A stretch of DNA of 64,000 nt from Candidatus Microgenomatus sp. (GCA_020724805.1 DYGI01000001.1:239157-303156), one strand, 5' to 3'. Shown: positions 7,724 to 17,138, counted from the stretch's first letter. The notes: generated by a model not told the origin, from the letters alone. A program made the numbers and translations.

Positions 7724-9670
7724 ATGGTTATGACAAATTTTCTTATCCTAGGGCGGAATACCGCATGCCTTGCCATGCTTTTTGTAGTGGCGTTTTTCCT
7801 CTTGTTTCCTCAACTTTCGGGGGCGCAAGTAGTGGTGGTGGACTCCGTAACGCTTACACCTTCCGTCTCCGGCACCTCGGTGACGCTTAGCTGGACCACG
7901 TTGGCCGAGACCGCGCTGCATGAAGTACGTTACGCGACGAGCCCGCTCGACGAGTCGAACTGGAGCTCCGGGTCCGTAGCTGGAGGAGTGCCGGGACCGG
8001 TTCCTAACGCGGATCAGAACGTAACAATTTCCGGACTTGCTGCGAGTACGCCTTACTATTTCGGCTATCGGTATGAAACCACCTTCGGCGGGGTAGGATT
8101 CGCATTTACTTCCGCGACCACCGAAAGCGACGGTGGGGGAGGTGATATTTTTGCGCCCGGTCCTGTCTTGAACCTCACCGCCACGGCCGCAGGCACCACT
8201 GCGATTGCGCTTTCGTGGACCGCTCCTTCGGACACGGACATTGCGAACTACGATGCGCGTTGGAGTACGAGTCCCATCAATGCCTCCAATTTTAATTCCG
8301 CAACGGCTATTTCGGGAGTTCCTCTCCCCATCCCGAATGCATCCCAGAACGTCACGGTGGGAGGGCTCACGGCGGCGACCACTTATTATTTTGCGATAAA
8401 GGTTCTCGACACGGTGGGGAACGAGTCGCCCATCGCGACTGCGTCCGCGACGACCGGGAGTGATGGCGGCGGAGGTGGCGGTGGTGGAGGCAGCGGCGGA
8501 GGTGGTGGCGGTAGCGGAGGAGGAAGTGGCGGGGGCGGAAGCTCGAGCCCTGTCTCCTTCTTCATTAACAACGGTGATGAGAAAACGACCACGACGACCG
8601 TGACGCTCAATATAAATGCACCGAATGCCACGCGGATGCAGTTTTCACGCGAGAACAATTTTGCGGGCGCAACGTGGCTTCCTTATGCAACCACCTCGAT
8701 ATGGGAATTGACTCTTCCCAATGGAGAAAAGACGGTCTATGCAAATTTTGTGCGCGACCTTCAAGCGTTCGGAGTAGGCGCGTATGAGAACATCGGTACC
8801 GCGTGGGATTCCATCGTGCTTGAAGCGGCGACGTCCACCATTCCCGCGGCGATTCCTGAACCCGTAGTGGTAGAGACACTTCCTCCGACACCTGCTCCCG
8901 TTCCCGCGCCGGCACTTCCACTCGCGACGCTTGAGAGGGATCTCGTGAGTTTCAACTCACTCATGGTGAACTGGGGCGCGCATACGGTTCGGATACCACA
9001 AGATTTGAATCGTGATTTTGTGGTGGACGGCGTTGATGTGCGCGAGTTTCTTGGGGAATGGACGCGCTCGGCGGACGAAGAACGCGCCTCGCTCACCAAG
9101 GATCTTTTTGGGAATACCATTGTGACGCTCACGCCGGGTGAAATACGCGAGATGGAAGACAGCGAATTCATGATTACCTTCCTCGCGCATCCCGCGGAAG
9201 GACGGAATTACACCGCGCAAATTTCATTTACTTTTCCGCCTGAGCTCGCAGAGTTCGTGTCGTTCACTTACTCAGGCGGTTGGGTTCCGGTCATTCGCGA
9301 TAGTTTTGATGTCAGCGACAATACGCACGGCCTTCTCGTGAAAACCGCCGGTCATCCGGAGGGATTTTCGGAGCCTACTATCTTCGGTTTTGCGCGTTTT
9401 CGTGCAAAGGCCGCAGGTGAGGGGGTCTTTGCCTTCCGGAACAACGGCTTTTCGCTCGACGGCGAGGGGAACGACGTGCTCTCCGCGTCCCTCGGCGGAG
9501 CCTCACTCGCATTCGAAAGCAACGTGTCGGCTCCTGCGCTTTTCCTCGCGAACGTGCTCACGCTGTGGCGCGAAGGGAACATGACGGCGACGCTGGTGAC
9601 GTTTGCGCTTCTCTTCATTGTGTATTTTGTCTCGCGGCGCCGCACTCGGGCCGTACGGAAGGTTTTGTAG
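7724..9670 (+). CDS. cell-surface protein: two FN3-like domains, Gly/Ser linker, dockerin-like segment, C-terminal TM anchor
   Basis: Signal/TM CLAMLFVVAFFLLFPQLSGA. Repeated TLSWT...YYF blocks (FN3-like). GGGGGGGGGSGGGGGGSGGG linker. DLNRDFVVDGVDVREFL (dockerin-like Ca-binding repeat). C-terminal TM plus basic tail TLVTFALLFIVYFVSRRRTRAVRKVL. Confidence 0.6.
   Translation: MVMTNFLILGRNTACLAMLFVVAFFLLFPQLSGAQVVVVDSVTLTPSVSGTSVTLSWTTLAETALHEVRYATSPLDESNWSSGSVAGGVPGPVPNADQNVTISGLAASTPYYFGYRYETTFGGVGFAFTSATTESDGGGGDIFAPGPVLNLTATAAGTTAIALSWTAPSDTDIANYDARWSTSPINASNFNSATAISGVPLPIPNASQNVTVGGLTAATTYYFAIKVLDTVGNESPIATASATTGSDGGGGGGGGGSGGGGGGSGGGSGGGGSSSPVSFFINNGDEKTTTTTVTLNINAPNATRMQFSRENNFAGATWLPYATTSIWELTLPNGEKTVYANFVRDLQAFGVGAYENIGTAWDSIVLEAATSTIPAAIPEPVVVETLPPTPAPVPAPALPLATLERDLVSFNSLMVNWGAHTVRIPQDLNRDFVVDGVDVREFLGEWTRSADEERASLTKDLFGNTIVTLTPGEIREMEDSEFMITFLAHPAEGRNYTAQISFTFPPELAEFVSFTYSGGWVPVIRDSFDVSDNTHGLLVKTAGHPEGFSEPTIFGFARFRAKAAGEGVFAFRNNGFSLDGEGNDVLSASLGGASLAFESNVSAPALFLANVLTLWREGNMTATLVTFALLFIVYFVSRRRTRAVRKVL
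8465..8543 (+). repeat. low-complexity GGN/GGC codon tract (poly-Gly/Ser linker)
   Basis: ggcggcggaggtggcggtggtggagg... tract inside CDS 7724-9670. It generates a spurious poly-Pro antisense ORF (8386-8658). Confidence 0.8.
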
Positions 9671-9762
9671 AAAACCGCCTGAAACCAACTTGCGGATACG
9701 CGTGGTACCGCGTATTCTCGGATAGTACCCCCTAGGACCCTTGTCCTCGGGGCACTTCTTGT

Positions 9763-12273
9763 ATGCATGACAAAATAATCATCAAGGGAGCGCGTGAGCA
9801 TAACTTAAAGAACGTGAATCTTACGATTCCGCGGGGGAAGCTCGTGGTATTTACCGGACTCTCGGGGTCGGGGAAGAGTAGCCTCGTGTTCGACACTATA
9901 TTCGCCGAAGGGCAGCGACGTTATATTGAGTCGCTTTCGGCCTACGCCCGCCAATTCTTGGGGCGATTCGATAAACCCGACGTGGACGAAATAGAAGGAC
10001 TAAGTCCCGCGATCGCCATCGACCAGAAAAGCCACAGCGCGAACCCGCGTTCCACGGTGGCGACCATTACCGAGATTTACGACTATCTTCGTGTGCTTTT
10101 CGCGCGCGCAGGCACGCCGCACTGTCCCACGTGCGGCCGCGAGATAAAAAAATTGACGAACGAGGAAATCGTGGACGTGGTAATTCAACTCGCGAAAGAA
10201 AACACATCCGACAAGAACATCGTTATTCTCGCCCCTGTGGTGCGCGGTCGGAAAGGGGAATATTATCAACTGCTTTATGACTTTTTGAACGCGGGATTTT
10301 CCGAAGTGCGCGTGGACGGGAAATTATTGTCGCTTCGTGAACGGATAGAGCTTTCCCGTTACAAACAGCACACCATAGAGCTTTTGGTGGACCGCATTCC
10401 CGCCCGACTCGATTTTTCGGACAAAGATAATCGCCTGCGACTTTCCGAGGCAGTGGAGACCGCATTGAAATATGGCGGACACGTGGTGACCGTGGTGACG
10501 GACAAAGAAACGGCGCTTTCGGCTCAATTCACCTGTCCCCACGACGGATTCTCGTTTCCCGAGATAGAGCCACGCCTTTTTTCGTTCAATAGTCCGTTTG
10601 GTGCATGCGAAACGTGCAACGGGCTCGGTACCGAATCGCTTTTTTCAGAAAAAATATGTCCGGTTTGCGAAGGGCGACGTTTAAGGAAAGAAGCGCTTAA
10701 TGTACTTATAAACGGGAAAAACATCGCGCAGGTCGCCGCATTCGCGGTGGAAGACGCCGAACGATTTTTCCGCTCACTCGGAGTGAAAACAGATTCCGCG
10801 AAAGCGATTATCGAAGCGCCACTCCGCGAGATAAAAAGTAGGCTCGGGTTTCTTTCGGATGTGGGGCTCGAGTATCTCACTTTGGATCGAAGGGCGGGGA
10901 CACTTTCGGGGGGTGAAGCGCAGAGGATACGACTTGCCTCGCAGATAGGGTCGCGCCTCACCGGCACGCTCTATGTGCTCGATGAACCGACCATTGGGCT
11001 CCATCAGCGTGACAATGCAAAGTTGCTTACCACGCTTTTGGAACTTCGAGATCTCGGAAACTCGGTGCTGGTAGTGGAACACGACGAAGAGACCATCCGT
11101 ACCGCGGATCACCTGGTGGACATCGGCCCGGCGGCGGGAGTCCATGGGGGAGAAGTGGTTGCGGAAGGGGCAATGCCCGCGCTTTTGAAGAATGAGAAGA
11201 TTCACTCTCCCACGCTCGATTATCTGCGAGGAAAGAAATTTATCGAAGTGCCGGCGGAGCGCCGGCGCGTCACGAAGGACCATGAGCATCTGCGCATTGT
11301 CCGCGCGCGGGAAAATAATTTGAAGGACGTAAATGTGGAAATACCCCTCAGACGGTTCGTAGCGATTACCGGCGTTTCCGGGTCAGGGAAGTCCTCGCTC
11401 GTCTACGATGTGCTTTATAAAACGCTCGCAAACCGGTGGAATGGGGCAGCATATAAAGCCGGCGCGCACGAAAAAATGACGGGTACGGAATACATGAACC
11501 GCGTAGTGAATGTCGACCAATCTCCGATTGGAAGAACGCCGCGCTCGAACCCCGCGACCTATGTGGGCGCGTGGACACATATTCGCGATCTTTTCGCCGC
11601 GACGGAAGACGCGCGCGTACGCGGATACCGGCCCGGAAGATTCTCGTTCAATGTGAAGGGCGGGCGGTGCGAGAACTGCGAGGGGCACGGGCTTATCGCA
11701 ATCGAGATGCACTTTTTGCCCACGGTCTATGTTTCGTGCGATGTCTGCAAGGGCAAGCGCTTTGATCGCGAGACCTTGGAGGTGGAGTATAAAGAGAAAA
11801 ATATATACGACGTGCTTCAGATGACGGTGGAGGAGGCGGTGGAATTTTTTGACGACATTCCGTGGCTCTACGACCGGTTAAAGATTTTGGAAGAGGTGGG
11901 GTTGGGGTACATCACGCTCGGCCAATCGGCGACCACGCTTTCGGGCGGAGAAGCTCAGCGCATCAAGCTTGCGGCCGAGCTTGGCAAGCGCGATACACGG
12001 AAAACGCTCTATCTTCTAGATGAACCGACGACAGGACTTCACTTCGCGGACGTGGACCAGCTTTTGAAGGTACTCCAGCGCCTCGTGGACCGCGGGAACA
12101 CGGTCATTGTGATTGAACACAACTTGGATGTCATCAAAACCGCGGACTGGGTCATCGACCTCGGTCCCGAGGGAGGGGAGCGTGGCGGCGAGATAGTGGC
12201 GGTGGGCACGCCCGAGGATATCGCGAAGAAAGGCAAGAGTTTTACCGGGCAATATTTGAAAAAGGTGTTGTAG
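9763..12273 (+). CDS. uvrA: excinuclease ABC subunit A (short form lacking the insertion domain)
   Basis: 836 aa. Two ABC cassettes (GLSGSGKSSL, GVSGSGKSSL, LSGGEAQR twice) and zinc modules. The segment between CETCNGLG and CPVCEG is only ~15 aa. Confidence 0.9.
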   Translation: MHDKIIIKGAREHNLKNVNLTIPRGKLVVFTGLSGSGKSSLVFDTIFAEGQRRYIESLSAYARQFLGRFDKPDVDEIEGLSPAIAIDQKSHSANPRSTVATITEIYDYLRVLFARAGTPHCPTCGREIKKLTNEEIVDVVIQLAKENTSDKNIVILAPVVRGRKGEYYQLLYDFLNAGFSEVRVDGKLLSLRERIELSRYKQHTIELLVDRIPARLDFSDKDNRLRLSEAVETALKYGGHVVTVVTDKETALSAQFTCPHDGFSFPEIEPRLFSFNSPFGACETCNGLGTESLFSEKICPVCEGRRLRKEALNVLINGKNIAQVAAFAVEDAERFFRSLGVKTDSAKAIIEAPLREIKSRLGFLSDVGLEYLTLDRRAGTLSGGEAQRIRLASQIGSRLTGTLYVLDEPTIGLHQRDNAKLLTTLLELRDLGNSVLVVEHDEETIRTADHLVDIGPAAGVHGGEVVAEGAMPALLKNEKIHSPTLDYLRGKKFIEVPAERRRVTKDHEHLRIVRARENNLKDVNVEIPLRRFVAITGVSGSGKSSLVYDVLYKTLANRWNGAAYKAGAHEKMTGTEYMNRVVNVDQSPIGRTPRSNPATYVGAWTHIRDLFAATEDARVRGYRPGRFSFNVKGGRCENCEGHGLIAIEMHFLPTVYVSCDVCKGKRFDRETLEVEYKEKNIYDVLQMTVEEAVEFFDDIPWLYDRLKILEEVGLGYITLGQSATTLSGGEAQRIKLAAELGKRDTRKTLYLLDEPTTGLHFADVDQLLKVLQRLVDRGNTVIVIEHNLDVIKTADWVIDLGPEGGERGGEIVAVGTPEDIAKKGKSFTGQYLKKVL

Positions 12274-12282
12274 AATAGTTAT

Positions 12283-13578
12283 GTGGAAGGAGAGTTTATC
12301 TCCGATGAGGAGGTGGAAGCGTATGAGCGGCGCGCAGATCCGGTGCGGCGCTCGGCGCGATGGTCTCTCGCCGCGGTTGCCGCGGCGTTTGCGCTCATAG
12401 GGGCCGCGTATTTGTGGGGAGCGTGGGGAGGCGGGAGTAAACTTACCGCATCGCTTCTTGGTGATGCAGGCGAAAAAGGTGAGGTCTTTATGCTGAAAAG
12501 CGCAGCCAGCGATGCGAACGCTCAGATATCCCAAGGAAACATCGCTGCTTTTTCCGCCGCGTGTGGCTACGAAAGCGGTCCTTCGACCAGTCCTTCGTTG
12601 CACTCAGGACAAGCAATTTCAGTTGTATTTAGTGAAATTGCTTGGATGGGGACGGAGGAAGGGGCGCAGTATGAATGGATAGAAATCGCGAACACCGGCA
12701 ATGCGCCCGCGGATATGAGTGGGTGGAGCGTGGTGGATAAGGATGAGCAGATACAGTTTTTATTTTCGAAAAGCGCGAACATCCCGGCGGGCGGCTTTAT
12801 GCTTTTTGCGCGGAGCGCGGATCGGGTAGGGAGCGTGAAGGCTGATTTCCGTTACACTGGCAATCTGAAAAATGAGGACGAAGGCTTGCGACTTTTCAAT
12901 GAGAAGTGTGAGGTGATGGACGAAGTACTCGCCGCGCCAAAGTGGCCGGCGGGGGATGTAAAAACCAAGAGAACTATGGAGAGGAACTTCGTGACGAAGA
13001 GCTGGCATACCTCAGCGGAAGTGGGTGGAACACCAAAAGCGGCGAATTCTCGCGGAATTGACGGGGGAAATAAAAAAGTAGAAGCGGATAGCACAGAGGT
13101 GGCGGCGACATCTACTCCCCCTCATCCATCCCCGACTCAGGGAATGGCGAGTTCGACGGGCTCACCACAGGTGGTAATAAGCGAAGTGATGGCGGGGAAA
13201 GATGGTGCGGCGAATTGGGATTTCGTAGAGCTTCATAACGCGGGGACAAGCGCGGTGAATCTCACCGGGTGGAGTGTAAAAAAGAAAAGTTCCACAGGAA
13301 ATGAATCGGCGCTCGTGACCTCATCGCGGTTTGAAGGGAAAACAATTTCCGCGGGCGGCTATTTACTTCTCGCCCACCCGGACTATACCGGCGTGCCCGC
13401 GGCGGACGTGGTGTGGCCTAAGTCGTATGTGCTCGCATACACAAATAATGCGGTGGTGCTCTACGGTGCGAATGGCGTGAAGGCAGATGAAATATCATGG
13501 ACGGAAATTCCGAAAGGACAATCATACGCGGAAATAAACGGTGCGTGGGCGGTGTCTTTTCCGACACCCGGGCAGTAG
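12283..13578 (+). CDS. membrane-anchored protein with two lamin-tail (LTD) domains
   Basis: GTG start. TM WSLAAVAAAFALIGAAYLWGAW. Two LTD-like blocks (SVVFSEIAWMG...WIEIANTGNAPADMSGWSV and QVVISEVMAG...WDFVELHNAGTSAVNLTGWSV). Confidence 0.6.
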   Translation: MEGEFISDEEVEAYERRADPVRRSARWSLAAVAAAFALIGAAYLWGAWGGGSKLTASLLGDAGEKGEVFMLKSAASDANAQISQGNIAAFSAACGYESGPSTSPSLHSGQAISVVFSEIAWMGTEEGAQYEWIEIANTGNAPADMSGWSVVDKDEQIQFLFSKSANIPAGGFMLFARSADRVGSVKADFRYTGNLKNEDEGLRLFNEKCEVMDEVLAAPKWPAGDVKTKRTMERNFVTKSWHTSAEVGGTPKAANSRGIDGGNKKVEADSTEVAATSTPPHPSPTQGMASSTGSPQVVISEVMAGKDGAANWDFVELHNAGTSAVNLTGWSVKKKSSTGNESALVTSSRFEGKTISAGGYLLLAHPDYTGVPAADVVWPKSYVLAYTNNAVVLYGANGVKADEISWTEIPKGQSYAEINGAWAVSFPTPGQ

Positions 13579-13676
13579 TGAGTTTGACCACCATAAAAGT
13601 GCATGATAAGGTGTGAAAACATTCCTCACGGGATGTGTGGTTCTTTTCAACAACCTTTCAATTCCATGGAGGTTCT

Positions 13677-13907
13677 ATGCATGCTCGCTTCAGCTGTTCG
13701 CACGGGTGCGGAGAAGGCACCGCGTACAAGCTTGGTGTCACCACCCAGCTTGTGAATGGGGAAATGGTCGATGTCTGCGAGAAGCATCGGAAGCCGGTGA
13801 AGCAAATCACCAAGGCGAAGATGAGTGGTCACGCGAAGTTGTTCCAGAAGAAGGGTCCCCCGGCGAGCAGGAAAGTTATGACACCGATCGCGCTTGCGTT
13901 TCGGTGA
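13677..13907 (+). CDS. small Cys/His-rich hypothetical protein
   Basis: SD TGGAGG before ATG 13677. MHARFSCSHGCGEG...CEKH, a possible metal-binding motif. Confidence 0.35.
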   Translation: MHARFSCSHGCGEGTAYKLGVTTQLVNGEMVDVCEKHRKPVKQITKAKMSGHAKLFQKKGPPASRKVMTPIALAFR

Positions 13908-13951
13908 GCATCGTGGAGAAAGGTAGATTGAGTGTAGTGCAGTTGGAATAT

Positions 13952-13990
13952 GCCCCGCGGCGGTATGCGCGCGGGGCACTTTGTTTTTTC
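13952..13990 (+). terminator. rho-independent terminator
   Basis: GCCCCGCG-gcggtatg-CGCGGGGC followed by actttgTTTTTT. Confidence 0.7.
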
Positions 13991-13996
13991 ACCACA

Positions 13997-14025
13997 TTGA
14001 CTTTTTCTGTAAAATATGTTAGCAT
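13997..14025 (+). promoter_or_regulatory. sigma70-like promoter TTGACT-N17-TAGCAT
   Basis: Hexamers at 13997-14002 and 14020-14025, upstream of the SD-led ATG at 14073. Confidence 0.45.
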
Positions 14026-14072
14026 TCCAGGCAGGAAGCTTTCATTCACCCACCTTCTCAAGGAGGTGATAT

Positions 14073-14402
14073 ATGTCAGGTGGTAATTGTCCTCGGTGCC
14101 ATGCGCTGCTCGACGAAGAAAAGAGCCCATATCCAAGCCACGTTCGGTGGGTATGTCGGGAAGCGTGTGGATACACTAAAGACGTGTATCAACCGACAAG
14201 TATTCTGTCGGTCACAAGCGGGAACGAAACCGATCGACACCTGAAACCCATCATGACCCCCGGTCTCACTGGAGTTGATACCGAGACCGCGATGGATTTT
14301 TGGTCCGACCATTGTGAAACGTGGGGGCCTTCGGGGTGTGAAGCGCGGTTTCGGGCGCGCAAGGGAGTCCCGGTACATTCGCGACGGCGTGCGACGCGGT
14401 AG
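14073..14402 (+). CDS. zinc-ribbon-like hypothetical protein
   Basis: SD AAGGAGGTG. N-terminal CPRCH...CREAC pairs. Confidence 0.4.
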   Translation: MSGGNCPRCHALLDEEKSPYPSHVRWVCREACGYTKDVYQPTSILSVTSGNETDRHLKPIMTPGLTGVDTETAMDFWSDHCETWGPSGCEARFRARKGVPVHSRRRATR

Positions 14403-14430
14403 TTGCACGCCTCATCGCTAGGAAAGAAGA

Positions 14431-14466
14431 GCCCAACTTCGTGTCATGAAGTTGGGCTTTTTCTTT
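14431..14466 (+). terminator. rho-independent terminator
   Basis: GCCCAACTTC-gtgtcatg-GAAGTTGGGC followed by TTTTTCTTTTT. Confidence 0.8.
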
Positions 14467-14493
14467 TTCCGAAACGTTATACTAACTGAAAGG

Positions 14494-15057
14494 ATGTCCT
14501 CCATCATCAAGCTTTTCATGGTTGTCTTTGGTATCGTGCTTGGTGTGTCGCTTATCGGCGTGCCTTATTTTTCCTCCCTTTTTTCTCTGGAGAACAAGGG
14601 CGAGGTGAAGATAAAAGACCAGATTATCGTGGTGGATATTGTGAACGAGCCGGAAACCCGTGCGCGCGGACTTTCCGGACGGGAAAGTCTCGGAGTGAAC
14701 GAGGGGATGCTCTTTATTTTCGATAGTGCCGACTACTACCCCTTTTGGATGAAGGATATGAAGTTTCCCATTGATATTGTATGGATTGCGGACAACCGAA
14801 TCGTGGGATTTGAAGAGCGCGTGTCTCCGGAACCAGGAGTGCCCGATCGTGAACTGAAAAGTTATGTGCCACCGGAGCCGATAGATAAAGTGCTTGAACT
14901 CGCGGCTGGACGCGTGCGACTTCTTCGGGCGGAGGTAGGCGATGCCGTGCGCGTGCGACGCCTTATCGCGGGCGGCGCACTTCTCCCTTCCTTTGAGGAC
15001 TTTGCGAACGCACTCGCCGAGTGGCGTTCCCTCCGGACGGACGTAAGGGTATACTAA
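14494..15057 (+). CDS. DUF192 (COG1430) domain protein
   Basis: N-terminal TM, then GMLFIFDSADYYPFWMKDMKFPIDIVWI, typical DUF192. Confidence 0.7.
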   Translation: MSSIIKLFMVVFGIVLGVSLIGVPYFSSLFSLENKGEVKIKDQIIVVDIVNEPETRARGLSGRESLGVNEGMLFIFDSADYYPFWMKDMKFPIDIVWIADNRIVGFEERVSPEPGVPDRELKSYVPPEPIDKVLELAAGRVRLLRAEVGDAVRVRRLIAGGALLPSFEDFANALAEWRSLRTDVRVY

Positions 15058-15062
15058 AACCG

Positions 15063-16082
15063 ATGAAGAAACGCGTCGCAATAAACGGATTTGGCCGCAT
15101 CGGCCGACTTTTCTTCCGACTTGGATTTGGAGCAAAAGATTTTGAGATAGTGGCGGTGAACGATCTCGGGGATGTTGCGAACCTCGCGCATCTCCTGCAG
15201 TACGATTCGGTGTATGGGCGCTACGAAAAAGAAGTGAAAGTGCGACAAGGAGCATTGATGGTGGGAGGGAAACGCATCAAGTTTCTGCAGGAAAAAGATC
15301 CCGCAAAACTTCCGTGGAAGAAAATGAAGGTGAATCTTGTGGTGGAAGCCACGGGTGCGTTCGAATCGTACGAAAAAGCGAAGGTGCATTGTGCGGCGGG
15401 TGCGAAACGCGTGGTCTTGACTGCGCCCGCGAAGGACGACGACGGCGCGCTTGGAAAAACCGTGCTCATGGGAGTGAACGAGAGCGAGATGAAAGGAGTG
15501 ACGATGACCTCGAACGGATCCTGCACTACGAACGCGGCTTCCCCAATCATCGCGGTGATGGCGGAGCGCCCCGGCATCAAAAAGGCGGTATTGAACACCG
15601 TGCACGGATATACCGCGACCCAAAATCTTGTGGATGGCCCCACCCGAGGGAAAGATTTTCGGCGTGGGAGAGCCGCGGCGGTGAACATAGTGCCTTCCAC
15701 CACCGGTGCGGCCATCTCGGTCACGCGCGCGTTTCGTCCTCTCGCGGGGCGGTTCGACGGTATTGCTATGCGCGTGCCGGTCATTGCCGGTTCGGTGGCA
15801 GACATCACGTTTCTCGCAAAGCGCAAAACTTCAGTGGATGAGGTGAACAATATTTTCAGGCGCGCCGCAAAATCTCCCAAGTGGAGAGGGATTCTTGCCG
15901 TGGCCGAGGGCCAGCTGGTATCGTCCGATATCGTAGGGGAGCCGTATGGCGCAATCGTGGACCTTGCATTCACCAAAGTAGTGGATGGCGACCTCGTGAA
16001 GGTTCTCGCGTGGTATGACAACGAGTACGGATACGCGGCCATGCTTTTGAAGCACGTTTCCCGTGCACTCACACTCCATTAA
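15063..16082 (+). CDS. gap: glyceraldehyde-3-phosphate dehydrogenase
   Basis: INGFGRIGR Rossmann start. SNGSCTTNAASP catalytic Cys region. WYDNEYGY C-terminus. Confidence 0.92.
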   Translation: MKKRVAINGFGRIGRLFFRLGFGAKDFEIVAVNDLGDVANLAHLLQYDSVYGRYEKEVKVRQGALMVGGKRIKFLQEKDPAKLPWKKMKVNLVVEATGAFESYEKAKVHCAAGAKRVVLTAPAKDDDGALGKTVLMGVNESEMKGVTMTSNGSCTTNAASPIIAVMAERPGIKKAVLNTVHGYTATQNLVDGPTRGKDFRRGRAAAVNIVPSTTGAAISVTRAFRPLAGRFDGIAMRVPVIAGSVADITFLAKRKTSVDEVNNIFRRAAKSPKWRGILAVAEGQLVSSDIVGEPYGAIVDLAFTKVVDGDLVKVLAWYDNEYGYAAMLLKHVSRALTLH

Positions 16083-17109
16083 AGTTTCCGTTATTGTCGC
16101 CGCGTCCGTGGAAATCGTGGTCGCGGTGTTTTTAGTTTTCATCGCATACCAGGTACAGCTTGCGATGCGCCACACCGCACGCGCGGCATTTCAAACGAAC
16201 CTCGTTATCAACCGAATAGCGACACGTGCCGCAGAACTCGCACAACCTAAGGGCGCCACGCTCCTTTTCGTCGGCGACGTGATGCTCGCGCGCGGTGTGG
16301 AGTTCTATACGGAACGTGAAGCCGGAGGAGACTTTCGATTTCCTTTCGCGCGAGCCTCTTCCACGCTCCGCGCGGCGGATCTCACCGTGGGGAATTTGGA
16401 GCATCCCGTTTCCGCGCGCGGGAAAAATCAAGGGAGCCAATATTCTCTTCGCGCAAAGCCGGAGGCGCTTGCCGGTCTCGCGGATGCGGGCTTCGATGTG
16501 GTTTCGCTTGCCAATAACCACATTTGGGACTGGGGTACGGATGCGCTCTCCGACACATTTCTCCATTTGGATGCCGCCGGCATTCGCTTCGTCGGCGCGG
16601 GCATGAATGAGAGCGAAGCAAATCGTCCGCTCATAATGGAGCTCAAAGGCAACTCCATCGTGTTTGTCGGGTGGACAAACTTGTACCCGGAAGGGTTGGA
16701 GGCGAAAGGCGACGAGCCGGGCATCAGCCGTTTCCGCGAAGACGAAGCGGCGGCGCAGGTAAGCAACCTCGCTGCCACGAACGATATCGTGGTGGTGCTC
16801 ATCCATTTTGGCGACGAATACAAAACGAACGCGAATGAGGTACAAAAAAAGATAGCCCGCGCGCTTGTGGATGCCGGCGCCGACCTTGTGGTTGGCCATC
16901 ATCCGCACGTGGTGGAAGAGGTGGAGAGATATCGGGAAGGCTGGATCGCCTACAGTTTAGGGAACTTTGTTTTTGACCAGGGGTTTTCTGAGGAAACCAT
17001 GCGTGGCCTTGCGCTCCGCGTCGCGGTGAAGGATGGGCGCGTGGAAAACGTAGAGGAGTTACACACGCAGATGAATGCGCATTTCCAGCCCGCATTCATT
17101 GATAATTAA
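16063..17109 (+). CDS. CapA/PGA_cap family metallophosphatase-like protein
   Basis: GTG start overlapping gap end. N-terminal TM. LLFVGDVMLARG...ANNHIWDWG...VVGHHPHVV motifs. Confidence 0.65.
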   Translation: MHSHSIKVSVIVAASVEIVVAVFLVFIAYQVQLAMRHTARAAFQTNLVINRIATRAAELAQPKGATLLFVGDVMLARGVEFYTEREAGGDFRFPFARASSTLRAADLTVGNLEHPVSARGKNQGSQYSLRAKPEALAGLADAGFDVVSLANNHIWDWGTDALSDTFLHLDAAGIRFVGAGMNESEANRPLIMELKGNSIVFVGWTNLYPEGLEAKGDEPGISRFREDEAAAQVSNLAATNDIVVVLIHFGDEYKTNANEVQKKIARALVDAGADLVVGHHPHVVEEVERYREGWIAYSLGNFVFDQGFSEETMRGLALRVAVKDGRVENVEELHTQMNAHFQPAFIDN

Positions 17110-17138
17110 GAGCTAATAATCGATAATTCAATCACTAT

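Noticed and set aside
8386-8658. Poly-proline ORF (PPPLPPPLPPPPP)
   Set aside because: Antisense translation of the GGN poly-Gly tract inside CDS 7724-9670.
13621-13645. Additional copy of the intercistronic element (CCTCACGGGATG)
   Set aside because: Only a 10-nt resemblance to the 3' arm. No matching 5' arm or inner block.
15221-16072. 283-aa minus-strand ORF, plus 15054-15623 minus and 15314-15841 plus ORFs
   Set aside because: Overlap gap (GAPDH) in other frames or strands. No homology signal.
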